DNA from: Laetmonice hystrix
Taxonomy: Eukaryota
NCBI GenBank assembly: GCA_965235115.1
Contig: OZ249436.1
Coordinates: 26,600,001-26,664,000 of the forward strand
Direction of reading: 5' to 3'
Length of the DNA stretch: 64,000 bases
Position 1 is the first letter of the stretch. Every line of letters starts with the position of its first letter. Shown piece after piece: positions 51,309 through 64,000 of the stretch. The position numbers and the translations under genes were made by a program. Below the pieces are notes generated by a model, which had not been told where the DNA came from, made no database searches, and saw only the letters and a list, made by a program, of their open reading frames with translations.

Positions 51309-53228
51309 CAACCCGATCTTCACGTTACACACTGTAAGTGGGACCCGATCTTCCAGTTTCAAACTCCAACCCGATCTTCACGTTACACACTGTAAGTGGA
51401 ACCCAATCTTCTAGTTTCACACTCCAACCCGATCTTCACGTTACTCATGGCAACCAGAACTACGCGTACACACTCCAACCCGATCTTCACGTTACTCATG
51501 GCAACCAGAACTACGCGTACACACTCCAACCCGATCTTCACGTTACTCAGGGCAACCAGAACTACGCGTACACACTCCAACCCGATCTTCACGTTACTCA
51601 GGGCAACCAGAACTACGCGTACACACTCCAACCCGATCTTCACGTTACTCATGGCAACCAGAACTACGCGTACACACTCCAACCCGATCTTCACGTTACT
51701 CATGGCAACCAGAACTACGCGTACACACTCCAACCCGATCTTCACGTTACTCATGGCAACCAGAACTACGCGTACACACTCCAACCCGATCTTCACGTTA
51801 CTCATGGCAACCAGAACTACGCGTACACACTCCAACCCGATCTTCACGTTACTCAGGGCAACCAGAACTACGCGTACACACTCCAACCCGATCTTCACGT
51901 TACTCAGGGCAACCAGAACTACGCGTACACACTCCAACCCGATCTTCACGTTACTCAGGGCAACCCGAGCTTGCGTCACACACTACAACCCGATCTTCAC
52001 GTTACTCATGGCAACCAGAACTACGCGTACACACTCCAACCCGATCTTCACGTTACTCAGGGCAACCAGAACTACGCGTACACACTCCAACCCGATCTTC
52101 ACGTTACTCAGGGCAACCAGAACTACGCGTACACACTCCAACCCGATCTTCACGTTACTCAGGGCAACCAGAACTACGCGTACACACTCCAACCCGATCT
52201 TCACGTTACTCAGGGCAACCAGAACTACGCATACACACTCCAACCCGATCTTCACGTTACTCATGGCAACCAGAACTACGCGTACACACTCCAACCCGAT
52301 CTTCACGTTACTCAGGGCAACCAGAACTACGCGTACACACTCCAACCCGATCTTCACGTTACTCAGGGCAACCCGAGCTTGCGTCACACACTACAACCCG
52401 ATCTTCACGTTACTCAGGGCAACCAGAACTACGCGTACACACTCCAACCCGATCTTCACGTTACTCATGGCAACCAGAACTACGCGTACACACTCCAACC
52501 CGATCTTCACGTTACTCAGGGCAACCAGAACTACGCGTACACACTCCAACCCGATCTTCACGTTACTCAGGGCAACCAGAACTACGCGTACACACTCCAA
52601 CCCGATCTTCACGTTACTCATGGCAACCAGAACTACGCGTACACACTCCAACCCGATCTTCACGTTACTCAGGGCAACCAGAACTACGCGTACACACTCC
52701 AACCCGATCTTCACGTTACTCAGGGCAACCAGAACTACGCGTACACACTCCAACCCGATCTTCACGTTACTCAGGGCAACCAGAACTACGCGTACACACT
52801 CCAACCCGATCTTCACGTTACTCAGGGCAACCAGATCTACGCGTACACACTCCAACCCGATCTTCACGTTACTCATGGCAACCAGAACTACGCGTACACA
52901 CTCCAACCCGATCTTCACGTTACTCATGGCAACCAGAACTACGCGTACACACTCCAACCCGATCTTCACGTTACTCAGGGCAACCAGAACTACGCGTACA
53001 CACTCCAACCCGATCTTCACGTTACTCATGGCAACCAGAACTACGCGTACACACTCCAACCCGATCTTCACGTTACTCAGGGCAACCCGAGCTTGCGTCA
53101 CACACTACAACCCGATCTTTACGTTACACACTGTAAGTGGGACCCGATCTTCCAGTTTCAAACTCCAACCCGATCTTCACGTTACACACTGTAAGTGGGA
53201 CCCGATCTTCCAGTTTCATACTCCAACC
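51309..53228. repeat. 51-bp minisatellite (about 33 copies) capped by related units of about 56 bp
   Basis: Unit ctccaacccgatcttcacgttactcaKggcaaccagaactacgcgtacaca. Confidence 0.97.
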
Positions 53229-53230
53229 TT

Positions 53231-53396
53231 CACTGGCCCGGCCGGCCGGCCGGCCGATTTAGTAATTTCACCGTTATGATTGGCCGTAAAATCAAAAATC
53301 AAGAATACATGATTTTATGTTTTCTATGTAATGCATTCTTGATTTTTGTCCAACACGGTCAACCATACCAAAATCGGCCGACCGGCCGAGCCAGTG
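53231..53396. mobile_element. Small CACTG-terminal MITE
   Basis: cactggcccggccggcc...ccgattt versus reverse complement cactggctcggccggtcggccgattt. Confidence 0.7.
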
Positions 53397-53523
53397 GATC
53401 AGGCACGGGGGAGGGGGACAGTCTGAGCATCAAACCACCGAGCATCTTTGCCCCGGTTCTCGCGCCCTTGCTGCCGGTGAGAAGGTCAGTTTTAGACCTC
53501 CGTCCGGGACCCTACCACCTTTA

Positions 53524-55146
53524 GGCCACTTAAAATTAATAAATTGTTTTACATGGCCGGCCGCCTCAATTTTTTGGCGCCGCCTCGATTTTTTTTATAT
53601 TTTATATTTTTCAAAAAGTCCGTTTTTTTCATCCCCAAAACCGTCTCCCACAGTTCTGTCAGGGTGTTACAGTTAAAGTGACCCTCAAGGTATAGAAGGG
53701 CTGTACAAAATGTTGAGATAATGGGGTCATTGCACAAGATTGGCGACGGCTGTCGCCGTATGGCGACGGCTGTCGCCATACGGCGACAGCCGTCGCCGGG
53801 TGGACGGCGATGGCGACAGCCGTCGCCGGGTGGACGGCGATAGCGACAGCCGTCGCCGTGTGGCGACAGCCGTCGCCGTGTGGCGACAGCCGTCGCCGTA
53901 TGGGGACACCCGCCCGTACGGTAGGGTTCCGTACTTTGACGGTCCGTTTCGGTCCCTGCCCTGGACCGAGGCGGTCCCATTGTGGGTCCATAAGGTATAT
54001 CTCCGTCCCTTCTTTCTTTGTAGGGTCCGTTTCGGTCCATACCTGGTCCCCTAGGGTCCGTTTCAGTAGGGTTGTGTACTTTGACGGTCCGTTTCGGTCC
54101 CTGCCCTGGACCGAAGCGGTCCCATTGTGGGTCCATAAGTATATCTCCGTCCCTTCTTTCTTTGTAGGGTCCGTTTCGGTCCATACCTGGTCCCCTAGGG
54201 TCCGTTTCAGTAGGGTTGTGTACTTTGACGGTCCGTTTCGGTCCCTGCCCTGGACCGAGGCGGTCCCATTGTGGGTCCATAAGGTATATCTCCGTCCCTT
54301 TTTTCTTTGTAGAGTCCGTTTCGGCCCATACCTGGTCCTCTAGGGTCCGTTTCAGTAGGGTTCCGTACTTTGACGGTCCGTTTCGGTCCCCGCCCTGGAC
54401 CGAGGCGGTCCCATTGTGGGTCCATATGTCGATCCCTTCTCTCTTTGTAGGGTCCGTTTCGGCCCATACCTGGTCCCCTGGGATCCGTTTCGGTAGGGTT
54501 CCGTACTGTGACGGTCCGTTTCGGTCCCTTCCCTGGACCGAGGCGGTCCCATGGTGGGTCCATAAGGTATATCTCCGTCCCTTCTTTATTTGTAGGGCCC
54601 TTTGGTCCATACCTGGTCCCCTGGGGTCCGTTTCGGTAGGGTTCCGTACTTTGACGGTCCGTTTCGGTCCCTGTCCTGGGTCGAGGCGGTCCCATTATGG
54701 GTCCATAAGGTATATCTCGGTCCCCTCTTTCTTTGCAGGGTCCGCTGGGGGGGTCTAAGGGCATCCACCCGAAAAGTTTTGATATTGACAGCCGTCGCCA
54801 TCCCGCGACAGCCGTCGCCGTTCCGCGACAGCCGTCGCCGTTCCGCGACAGCCGTCGCCATCTCTACTTGTGCAATGCAAGCCGTCGCCATCTCTAGTTG
54901 TGCAATGCAAGCTATCGCGGCCCATCTCGCCGTTCCGCGACCGTCGCGGAACGGCGATTTTGGCCGCGACAGCCGTCGCCAATCTTGTGCAATAGGCCCA
55001 ATGAGAAATTAAAAGTATTTTTCCAGTAATGGTGATCTCTGCTGTCCTTCTTCTTGTCGAGGAAAATTATAAAATATAAAATGCCCTACTCACCAACATT
55101 TCAGAAGTTGGGGTCATGTAAAACAATTTATTAATTTTAAGTGGCC
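53524..55146. mobile_element. PIF/Harbinger MITE hosting the first 1.28-kb element
   Basis: 32-bp TIR ggccacttaaaattaataaattgttttacatg; TTA TSD (53521-53523, 55147-55149). Confidence 0.85.
53720..55000 (+). mobile_element. Young non-autonomous TIR element, copy 1 (1281 bp)
   Basis: TIR ...attgcacaagattggcgacggctgtcgc; subterminal ggcgacagccgtcgcc arrays; central tandem repeat of about 145 bp, about 5.6 copies. Confidence 0.85.
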
Positions 55147-55237
55147 TTAAATGTTATATATTAAAAGATTCTCGAGTTCAATGAAATGTTATACCGTATC
55201 GTGTATAGGTAACCCATGTCAATAACACTAAAGACAT

Positions 55238-56515
55238 TGGGCCTATTGCACAAGATTGGCGACGGCTGTCGCGGCCAAAATCGCCGTTCCGCGACGGTCG
55301 CGGAACGGCGAGATGGGCCGCGATAGCTTGCATTGCACTAGAGATGGCGACGGCTTGCATTGCACAAGTAGAGATGGCGACGGCTGTCGCGGAACGGCGA
55401 CGGCTGTCGCGGAACGGCGACGGCTGTCGCGGGATGGCGACGGCTGTCAATATCAAAACTTTTCGGGTGGATGCCCTTAGACCCCCCTAGCGGACCCTGC
55501 AAAGAAAGAGGGGACCGAGATATACCTTATGGACCCATAATGGGACCGCCTCGACCCAGGACAGGGACCGAAACGGACCGTCAAAGTACGGAACCCTACC
55601 GAAACGGACCCCAGGGGACCAGGTATGGACCAAAGGGCCCTACAAATAAAGAAGGGACGGAGATATACCTTATGGACCCACCATGGGACCGCCTCGGTCC
55701 AGGGAAGGGACCGAAACGGACCGTCACAGTACGGAACCCTACCGAAACGGATCCCAGGGGACCAGGTATGGGCCGAAACGGACCCTACAAAGAGAGAAGG
55801 GATCGACATATGGACCCACAATGGGACCGCCTCGGTCCAGGGCGGGGACCGAAACGGACCGTCAAAGTACGGAACCCTACTGAAACGGACCCTAGAGGAC
55901 CAGGTATGGGCCGAAACGGACTCTACAAAGAAAGAAGGGACGGAGATATACCTTATGGACCCACAATGGGACCGCCTCGGTCCAGGGCAGGGACCGAAAC
56001 GGACCGTCAAAGTACACAACCCTACTGAAACGGACCCTAGGGGACCAGGTATGGACCGAAACGGACCCTACAAAGAAAGAAGGGACGGAGATATACTTAT
56101 GGACCCACAATGGGACCGCTTCGGTCCAGGGCAGGGACCGAAACGGACCGTCAAAGTACACAACCCTACTGAAACGGACCCTAGGGGACCAGGTATGGAC
56201 CGAAACGGACCCTACAAAGAAAGAAGGGACGGAGATATACCTTATGGACCCACAATGGGACCGCCTCGGTCCAGGGCAGGGACCGAAACGGACCGTCAAA
56301 GTACGGAACCCTACCGTACGGGCGGGTGTCCCCATACGGCGACGGCTGTCGCCACACGGCGACGGCTGTCGCCACACGGCGACGGCTGTCGCTATCGCCG
56401 TCCACCCGGCGACGGCTGTCGCCATCGCCGTCCACCCGGCGACGGCTGTCGCCGTATGGCGACAGCCGTCGCCATACGGCGACAGCCGTCGCCAATCTTG
56501 TGCAATGACCCCATT
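55238..56515 (-). mobile_element. Young non-autonomous TIR element, copy 2 (1278 bp, inverted)
   Basis: Reverse complement of 53720-55000 with two substitutions and one 3-bp indel seen. Confidence 0.85.
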
Positions 56516-56695
56516 ATGTACCTTAACACACACCACAGTACTCGTTCTAGACGCAAAACAAGGGGACAAGTACATGCGTACCATGGTGCCACTAGCACCC
56601 TTATGGTCCCTTATTGGCCCATTTGTACAGGCACGCGCGCGCAGGTCCATTACGTCCACGTTAGTAGGCGGAAAGAAGTTCTTTACATTGGACTG

Positions 56696-59289
56696 GGCCC
56701 TGTTTCATAAACCACGACCAAAATAGAACGATAATTCTTAAAAAAAAATCGTAGCAGGAACGATAATCGTTACGATATATCGTCGGTTCCGTTTCATAAA
56801 GTGCATCGTTGAAGAAAATCAAAATCGTTACATATTTGAAAATCGTTCCTCGACCCTGGGTAAGACCACCGGGAACCAGTTGAATGAACTGAATAGTGAC
56901 GTCAGGAGGGGAATTCCGGGAATACCCCCTTGACACACGCTTGTTCTGCCGTATGTACGTACGTCCGTATGTCCGTAGACAGCGATTTCTCAGGGTATAT
57001 CGCCCATGATAACTTAAACCCCACGAAATTTGGTGGAAAGTAAAGATCCATATAGCCCTGACCTTATCCTTACCCCTAACCCCAGTCCCTACACCTCCCA
57101 AAAACATATCCCTATCCTATCCCTATCCCTATCCTTGACCTTAACCCTAACCCCTGCCCAAACATTTCGTGGAAAGTTATCATGGGGGAAGAACCTTTCT
57201 CAGAAGTGTATGGGTCGATTTCTTTGAAACTTCACACAATGATCAGGGATGATCTGAGTATGATGCACGTCAAACAGATTTTTGATATCCGTCAAAATGG
57301 CCGCGTGGTGGCCATCTTGGATATAATCTCATTTGGAGCAATAACTCAGACAAAACGATCCCGATTTCTTTCAAATTTGGTAGAAAGAAGGTGCATATGA
57401 GGGGCAACGAATATGCCAATGTATTCCCAGATCAGAGCAAATATGGCGACATATTTGGCTCGTATCTCGAAAACGGTGCAAGATAAGGCAATAGTTACTA
57501 TTATTGACAGATAGGAAGTCATATATGAAGTTTCATTTGGCGCCATTTCCCATGACCTTGAGCGACCTTGAAAGGTCAATCAAGGTCATGCATATTTTAA
57601 TGGCCTGTACCTCCAAACCAGTTGAAGATAACAACATCTAATCTTGCATGAAATATTATATAATAACCAGGGACAGTCTAAGGAGGACACAGGTCAAACA
57701 TATCATTAAAAATGGCTGCTTGGTGGCCATCTTGGATATGAAGAAATTCGAAACAATAACTATGACTTTTCCTGTCCTTCTTTCTTGAAGGAGGCAGAAG
57801 GCATGAGGGGCAACAAGCGTGCCAAAAGTACACATAGTTCCTGGACCCACAGATAATTAGTCCCTACTCAGTTGGTGGGTTGTGACTCTGACGGGGTCTG
57901 GTGAAATTTACTAATATTATTAAAAATTGAGAGAGAAAATCATGAATTTCCATGAATTTAACTAACCTCCAAAGGTCAATCAAGGTCAAGCATATTTGCA
58001 ATCGCCTGTATCTAGACAAAACACTTCACGTCGGATAACTGTACATAACTGCATAGTTACTATAAGATGCGGACGAAGTACATACGAAGTTTCATTTGGC
58101 AATATTTACTTTGCCCTTCAAAGATCCATTGAAGTCGTGCATCGTTTCTTCAAGAATCCATAGTTCTTGGTGGGGGCTATAAGCTTCACAAGCTTGTTTA
58201 TAATGGGCTGGTATGGTAAAAAAACATAAGTAGTTGGGCGACCAAGTATTTCTGCTGAATGGAAAAGACTACACCGTATAGACCTATAGTAGATAGTAGG
58301 GCTAGTACTAAGACTTAGTGCTTGTTATCCGGTAAATAAAGGATAAAATCATGTAGGCCTACATTGTAGGCATACATGTCTTATGTTTTGCCCTCCACAA
58401 GAAACCCCATGTCCCGGATGCTCCCAGTAAAGAGCACAAAGAACACAAAGAGAAGAAAAAGTCATCATCTCCCAAGATAAAGCACAAGATGAGAGAGGCA
58501 CAGTATGGACTCCCTCAATATCCGTCACCTTCCCTACGGCCCGGCTAACGGTGGGCTTGCTAACACCCTATAGAGGTCGCTCAGAACTCTGTAGTTGGGC
58601 CCTGTCGCGTAGTAGCACAGGGCCAAACACATCTGCAAAATGAGGAAGGGGTTATTAACATATTTTTTAGTGAGTTAGTTTTAGGCCTACACAGCTGATA
58701 TAGGCATCTTAATTACTTTAAGAGGAATTACCCTATTTAAGAAGTATACCTTACTTATTTCTAAGTAATACATTTGGGAAATTTTGAATAAATGTTAGGT
58801 TCTTGACACAAATTCAAGCTTTGACTATATGCATGATACTACTTGGGTCGCCGGACGTTGAGCAAAACGGCGAGTCTTCATATGTTCTTGAAAGGGCGAT
58901 CACTGACTCCTTGTCCATCCGATACCGTTTCCCGAATAAGTCGCCGTCAAACCTATTAATTGGGTCTATTCGCGCGAAGAACCACCGACGCCTCCTTCTC
59001 CCCTCCATAAATGACGGTTGTAGTAAAATTCCGCCAAAATTCACTCATTTCGTGTTTTTATATTATCCTACGACAACCCTCGGGGTGGTCGTGGCCAACG
59101 ACTATTTTCGAGGAAATAACGATTGAAAAAAAGCCAAGAACGATTTTATGAAACACTTGAGCGATTTTTCATTTGGTCGTGACAAATTTATCGTTCTTCG
59201 ACAAAAACGATCTTTTATGAAACAGAATCTATCGTACATCGACAATATGATTAAATCTAAAATGTAAGATTTTTGTATGAAACAGGGCC
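56696..59289 (-). mobile_element. Harbinger deletion derivative with a HARBI1-like transposase N-terminal remnant (58889-59008)
   Basis: TIR ggccctgtttcata; CTG TSD (56693-56695, 59290-59292); MEGRRRRRWFFARIDPINRFDGDLFGKRYRMDKESVIAL resembles the HARBI1-type R.F..R..P...D...F..RYR....I..L start. Confidence 0.7.
56920..58198 (-). mobile_element. Helentron/HINE-like insertion(s) inside the Harbinger derivative
   Basis: aacaag start on the minus strand at 58198 with tatagccccc, (tccg/tacg) microsatellite near 56960, and gaccttga/aaggtcaa motifs. Confidence 0.45.
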
Positions 59290-59492
59290 CTGGATGGATT
59301 GCCACCAGTCGTCACGAACTATATACAAAATTCAGATGCTCGGCTAAAAAGGAGTTTTGATTATTGGGCAGCAGAGAGTGTGACGTGACGTTGGAAATGT
59401 TCTCTCAATTATCATTAATGACATACAAGGTGTTCGTAAAAGAAAGCAGTTAGAGCAATGAAAACCGTCAGATACATATTGATTTGTGAGGG

Positions 59493-59528
<36 letters not shown>

Positions 59529-61134
59529 TGGGTGTCGGGTGTCATGATCGGCAGGAGGGGCGCCATGATCGGCAGGAGGGGCGCCATGATCGGCAGGAGG
59601 GGCGCCATGAAATTGTAGGGGGAGGGGGAACCAGACACCATTGTGACCCCCCCCCCCCCGGATCCGCCAGTGGGGTATGTAGTCAGTACGTTACATTTCG
59701 TTGGCCTTCCATCTCCCCTCTTGCCATTATACAACTTGCAACTTCGAAAACCGAACCGCCACAATATAGAGCCTTCTTTAATCAACATTTAACTTCAAAT
59801 TGTGCTCACTTTGTTTAATGCCACCAGTGTCATCCATCGGCATTATGTGATTCCAAGTAATATTAAAGGTCCGGAGAAAATACGAGATATACCGTACGTT
59901 TCTGCATGCCCTAGCTATATGATGTATAAATCTAAGGATTTATATGGGATCCCCCCGTTGACTGGCGTTGTTGACAAGATGTCAAAGTGGCGTGGTCAGG
60001 CTGTTGAGATGCCATTGCTGTCTGCTTTTTGTTTGCCCTATCGTAAGGTCATTCTACTGGGGGGGGGGGAGGGGTCAGCCCATGTGACCTGAACTTACAT
60101 GGCATTGCCGCCAGACGGTAGATCTACAAGGCAGGTCACTCCGTCTTGGAAGAGAATGATCGACGGCCACGCCATCTTGTGTGAGACCTTGAAACTACAC
60201 GGCAAACGACTCTTGCATGGTGTCGCGAGTGAGTGGTTGAGTGACTGTACCATTCGGCCCACCTCGGGACTGTCCGGGCCAGATCCTCTCCGCCCTCGCA
60301 CATGTTGGATCTTCTTTTATCACGTGACACAACCCACACGTGGTCAAAACGGTGACAGCCGACACACCGACAAAGGTGAAAGACAAGCAGTGTCTGGCTT
60401 GTTTAAAAACAGATCTCCGCTTGATACCTCTGACAGGTGGATTAGACGTCAGAGAAAATCTATTTAGGTCTCTATAGATACTTTTTTAGATGTTGACATT
60501 CCTATTGGCATTGTTTATCGTCAGACGAAGGTCTACTTTTGTCCCACGGACGAACTGTCTCACTTGGGATTCCCTCGGGATTCCTTTGGGCGTATGACGT
60601 CATTTCTTATGTTGATGCAAGCTAGTAAAGTCGTATGATTTCATAAATACTTCAACACTGAATGTGTCGCGGCTGCTAAGAACGATCGAGACTGCAAATC
60701 TTCGGAAATTATCCATCTTTCCTGATGAACAATCCCACGTTAGGCCGAATACCGACGGTCTATGAACTACTTTGCGCCGTTGCGCACTACGCGAGTTGTG
60801 ATGTACCCAAACCCGTGGAATCACTGTCATATCTCTACGGCTTGCGACGTCCGAGACCACAACTAGCGAAGCGACCGGAAGTTGGGCCGAGGTTTTACAA
60901 CTAGCGAAGCGACCGGAAGTTGGGCCGAGGTTTTCCGAATGTGACTGTACGTGAGTCCGGGAGAAAAATCGTCATAATTTCTTCATCTAAATTGCCAGCA
61001 CATGTACTGCCAATCTAGAGATCACATTCTGATTAAAATGAAGAGCCCTGCAGTGGTCTGACCGTCCTAGGGAGGCCTATAAGAATTTAGGAACATGGTG
61101 CGTGTTGGGGGGGGGGGGGGGGCGGAAAGATACT

Positions 61135-62350
61135 AGCGACTAGCGGTAAGGGCGGTCAGTGGGGGAGGGGGAGGGTACCGCCAGCTTATTGACGGTCACT
61201 GGTATAAGTCAGTGTGTGTTGAAGTGATCCTGGTTAATGATTAGCGGTAAGGGCGGTCAGTGGGGGTACCGCCAGCTTGTTGAAGGACACTGGTATAAGT
61301 AAGTGTGTGTTGAAGTGATCCTGGTTAGCGACTAGCGGTAAGGGCGGTCAGTGGGGGAGGGGGAGGGTACCGCCAGCTTATTGACGGTCACTGGTATAAG
61401 TAAGTGTGTGTTGGAGTGATCCTGGTTAGCGACTAGCGGTAAGGGCGGTCAGTGGGGGAGGGGGAGGGTACCGCCAGCTTATTGACGGTCACTGGTATAA
61501 GTAAGTGTGTGTTGGAGTGATCCTGGTTAATGATTAGCGGTAAGGGCGGTCAGTGGGGGAGGGGTGGGGGTACCGCCAGCTTGTTGACGGTCACTGGTAT
61601 AAGTAAGTGTGTGTTGAAGTGATCCTGGTTAATGATTAGCGGTAAGGGCGGTCAGTGGGGGATGGGGGGGGGGGGAGGTACCGCCAGCTTGTTGACGGTC
61701 ACTGGTATAAGTAAGTGTGTGTTGGAGTGATCCTGGTTAATGATTAGCGGTAAGGGCGGTCAGTGGGGGAGGGGTGGGGGTACCGCCAGCTTGTTGACGG
61801 TCACTGGTATAAGTAAGTGTGTGTTGAAGTGATCCTGGTTAATGATTAGCGGTAAGGGCGGTCAGTGGGGGATGGGGGGGGGGAGGTACCGCCAGCTTGT
61901 TGACGGTCACTGGTATAAGTAAGTGTGTGTTGGAGTGATCCTGGTTAATGATTAGCGGTAAGGGCGGTCAGTGGGGGATGGGGGGGGGGGGAGGTACCGC
62001 CAGCTTGTTGACGGTCACTGGTATAAGTAAGTGTGTGTTGGAGTGATCCTGGTTAATGATTAGCGGTAAGGGCAGTCAGTGGGGGTACCGCCAGCTTGTT
62101 GAAAGTATAAGTAATTGTGTGTTGGAGTAATCCTGGTTATAGCGACTAGCGGTAAGGGCGATCTGTGTGTGTGTGTGGACGGGGGGGGGGGGGGGTATAC
62201 CGTCAGCTTGTTAAAGGTCACTGGTATAAGTGTGTGTTGGAGTGATCCTGGTTAGTGGCTAGCGGTAAGGGCATTCAGTGGGGGATGGGGGTGGGGGTGG
62301 GGGGTGGGGGGTGGGTACACTGGTAAGCAAGTGTGTGTTGGGGTGATCCC
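61135..62350. repeat. G-rich tandem repeat of about 90-110 bp, about 12 copies
   Basis: tagcggtaagggcggtcagt(G-run)taccgccagcttRttgacggtcactggtataagtaagtgtgtgttgRagtgatcctggt. Confidence 0.95.
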
Positions 62351-62506
62351 CTACATTTAGCGGTTAGCGGTTAGGACAGTCAGCCCGGGTGTGTGTATAC
62401 ATGTGCACGTCCGAATATAAGTTCAAACTATCTATTTGTAATATATATCATATTCCTGCCTGCTTAGCTAATAAATCCTATCAAAAAATTCAAAGCATGT
62501 ACGAGT

Positions 62507-63210
62507 CCGTGGCGTCAGTTCCTTTTAAAAGTGGGGGGGGGGGGGCAACTCCGAATATTGCCTTTTCCCATTTATAGCGATGTTTAGGCAGAATCTTCCA
62601 GTATATTAACCACTAAAAAGTCAGACTCTTGACATTCTTGACCGACAAATAGTCAGACTTTTTATATTCTTAACTGGTAAAAAGTCAGAGATATTTACAC
62701 AAAAAGTCAGACTTTTTATATTCTTAACTGGTAAAAAGTCAGAGATATTTACAGTGATTACTAAAAAGTCAGGTTTTTAATTCGCGACCACTAAAAAGTC
62801 AGAATCTTCCAGTTTATTAACCGCTAAAAAGTCAGACTCTTGACATTCTTGACCGACAAAAAGTCAGACTTTTTATATTCTTAACTGGTAAAAAGTCCGA
62901 TATTTACAGTGATTACTAAAAAGTCAGGTTTTTAAGTCGCGACCACTAAAAAGTCAGAATCTTCCAGTTTATTAACCGCTAAAAAGTCAGACTCTTGACA
63001 TTCTTGACCGATAAAAAGTAAACGAGAAATGTTTTCAATCACTAAAAAGTCAGACTTGCAGATTTTTTACCACTCGCATTATTATAACATCAAGTACAAT
63101 ATTTAGGAGTTAGCCGCCTTTGACTTTTTTTTTTGGTGTAGGAAAAAGTGTGTGTGTGTGGGGGGGGGGGGCAACTCCCCCCCCCCTGCCCCCCTACTCT
63201 GACGCGCCTG
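62507..63210. mobile_element. hAT-like MITE with internal aaaaagtcag tandem repeats and 5-bp TSD
   Basis: Ends ccgtggcgtcag / ctgacgcgcctg; cgagt at 62502-62506 and 63211-63215. Confidence 0.65.
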
Positions 63211-63558
63211 CGAGTTTTAATATCATTATGAAGGAAGATTATGTTTCAGGCACCGGTATCTAGGCCTATATCGGGTGGGCCAAAAAAATTTGAACACTCT
63301 TTTCTTGACTGTAACGTCTAAAATTTTTACCCCAATGTCAAAATATTTGGAATATGATATCATTTGGTTATTTGGGGTCTGTGGTACAAATGTCAGATAA
63401 ATAGGTCAAAACGTCTACAAAAAATTCGTGTCAAAAATTGCAATGCCGGACCAGGGTCATTAGCGTGAAGCCGCACGTCTTTTAATCGGGAAACTGCCTT
63501 GAAAACTGAGTCCCGTCGCGTTGAATGACCCAGTTTTCTTGCTGAGTGTCCCGATTAA

Positions 63559-63755
63559 AGCCGCTTTCACATGCACACGGTTTGCGGCGTGCGGCATGCG
63601 GCGTGCGTTTTTGCAGAAATGGAACAACTGAAAATAGATATAACCGTTCACATGCCCCCGGTTTGCGGTGTGCGGCGATTTACATTGGCTACATTATTAA
63701 CAAAAACGCACACCGCATGCCGCACGCCGCAAACCGTGTGCATGTGAAAGCGGCT
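63559..63755. mobile_element. PIF/Harbinger palindromic MITE
   Basis: TIR of about 55 bp agccgctttcacatgcacacggtttgcggcgtgcggcatgcgg; TWA flanks. Confidence 0.8.
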
Positions 63756-64000
63756 TTAGGCAAGGTTGTTGCCACTGTGTCTGAATGACGTGACGTCAAA
63801 TGTATGAAGTTCCCCCTGCCAAAAACTGGTGGCCAGTCCCGACTTAAACCCCATGGATTAGGCCTACTGTAACACCATATGGGATTTCCTAGCTGTCTGA
63901 AAAAGTCTATAAAGGTCGCAAACAAAAATTTGCCGCGAACGAACTGAAGGAGAAAATTCGGGAAAGGTGGGAGGGAATTACTCTAGAAGAAGTCAGGAAG

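Noticed and set aside
51338..53279. 618/627-aa repeat ORFs
   Set aside because: They are a by-product of a 51-bp (17-codon) unit that is stop-free in several frames. Starts are non-ATG or arbitrary, and there is no unique domain.
53549..56726. 353/361-aa and other overlapping ORFs
   Set aside because: Translations of GC-rich internal repeats of the duplicated element; they cross element boundaries and have no transposase motifs.
57057..57155. Telomere-like aaccct hexamers (also at about 29519 and 43927)
   Set aside because: Short, degenerate and embedded in interspersed repeats.

Overview
Repeat-dense eukaryotic (metazoan invertebrate-like) genomic DNA. I found no prokaryotic operons, rRNA/tRNA genes or CRISPR arrays. 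One convincing host gene is present: a type-I membrane leucine-rich-repeat protein whose CDS lies in a single exon (minus strand, 16223-17335). The most striking item is absent from the ORF track because it runs off the window edge. It is an uninterrupted minus-strand frame (open from 1270, first ATG at 1102, continuing past base 1) that fuses a LINE ORF1p-like coiled-coil/RRM/CTD module to a NADAR (YbiA-like) hydrolase domain, and it sits just downstream of a YY1-like LINE 5' motif. Positions 1754-11556 are a nest of elements: a CAC-terminal TIR element contains a Helentron-like element, which contains a decayed CR1/L2-type LINE (PHD-SGNH-2xCCHC ORF1), which in turn contains a solo LTR, a MITE-like insert and a self-templated insertion. 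The rest is MITEs (Harbinger-, hAT- and Academ-like), LINE relics, many minisatellites and two near-identical 1.28-kb elements in inverted orientation (53720-56515). All family assignments are by-eye motif recognition, not database hits.
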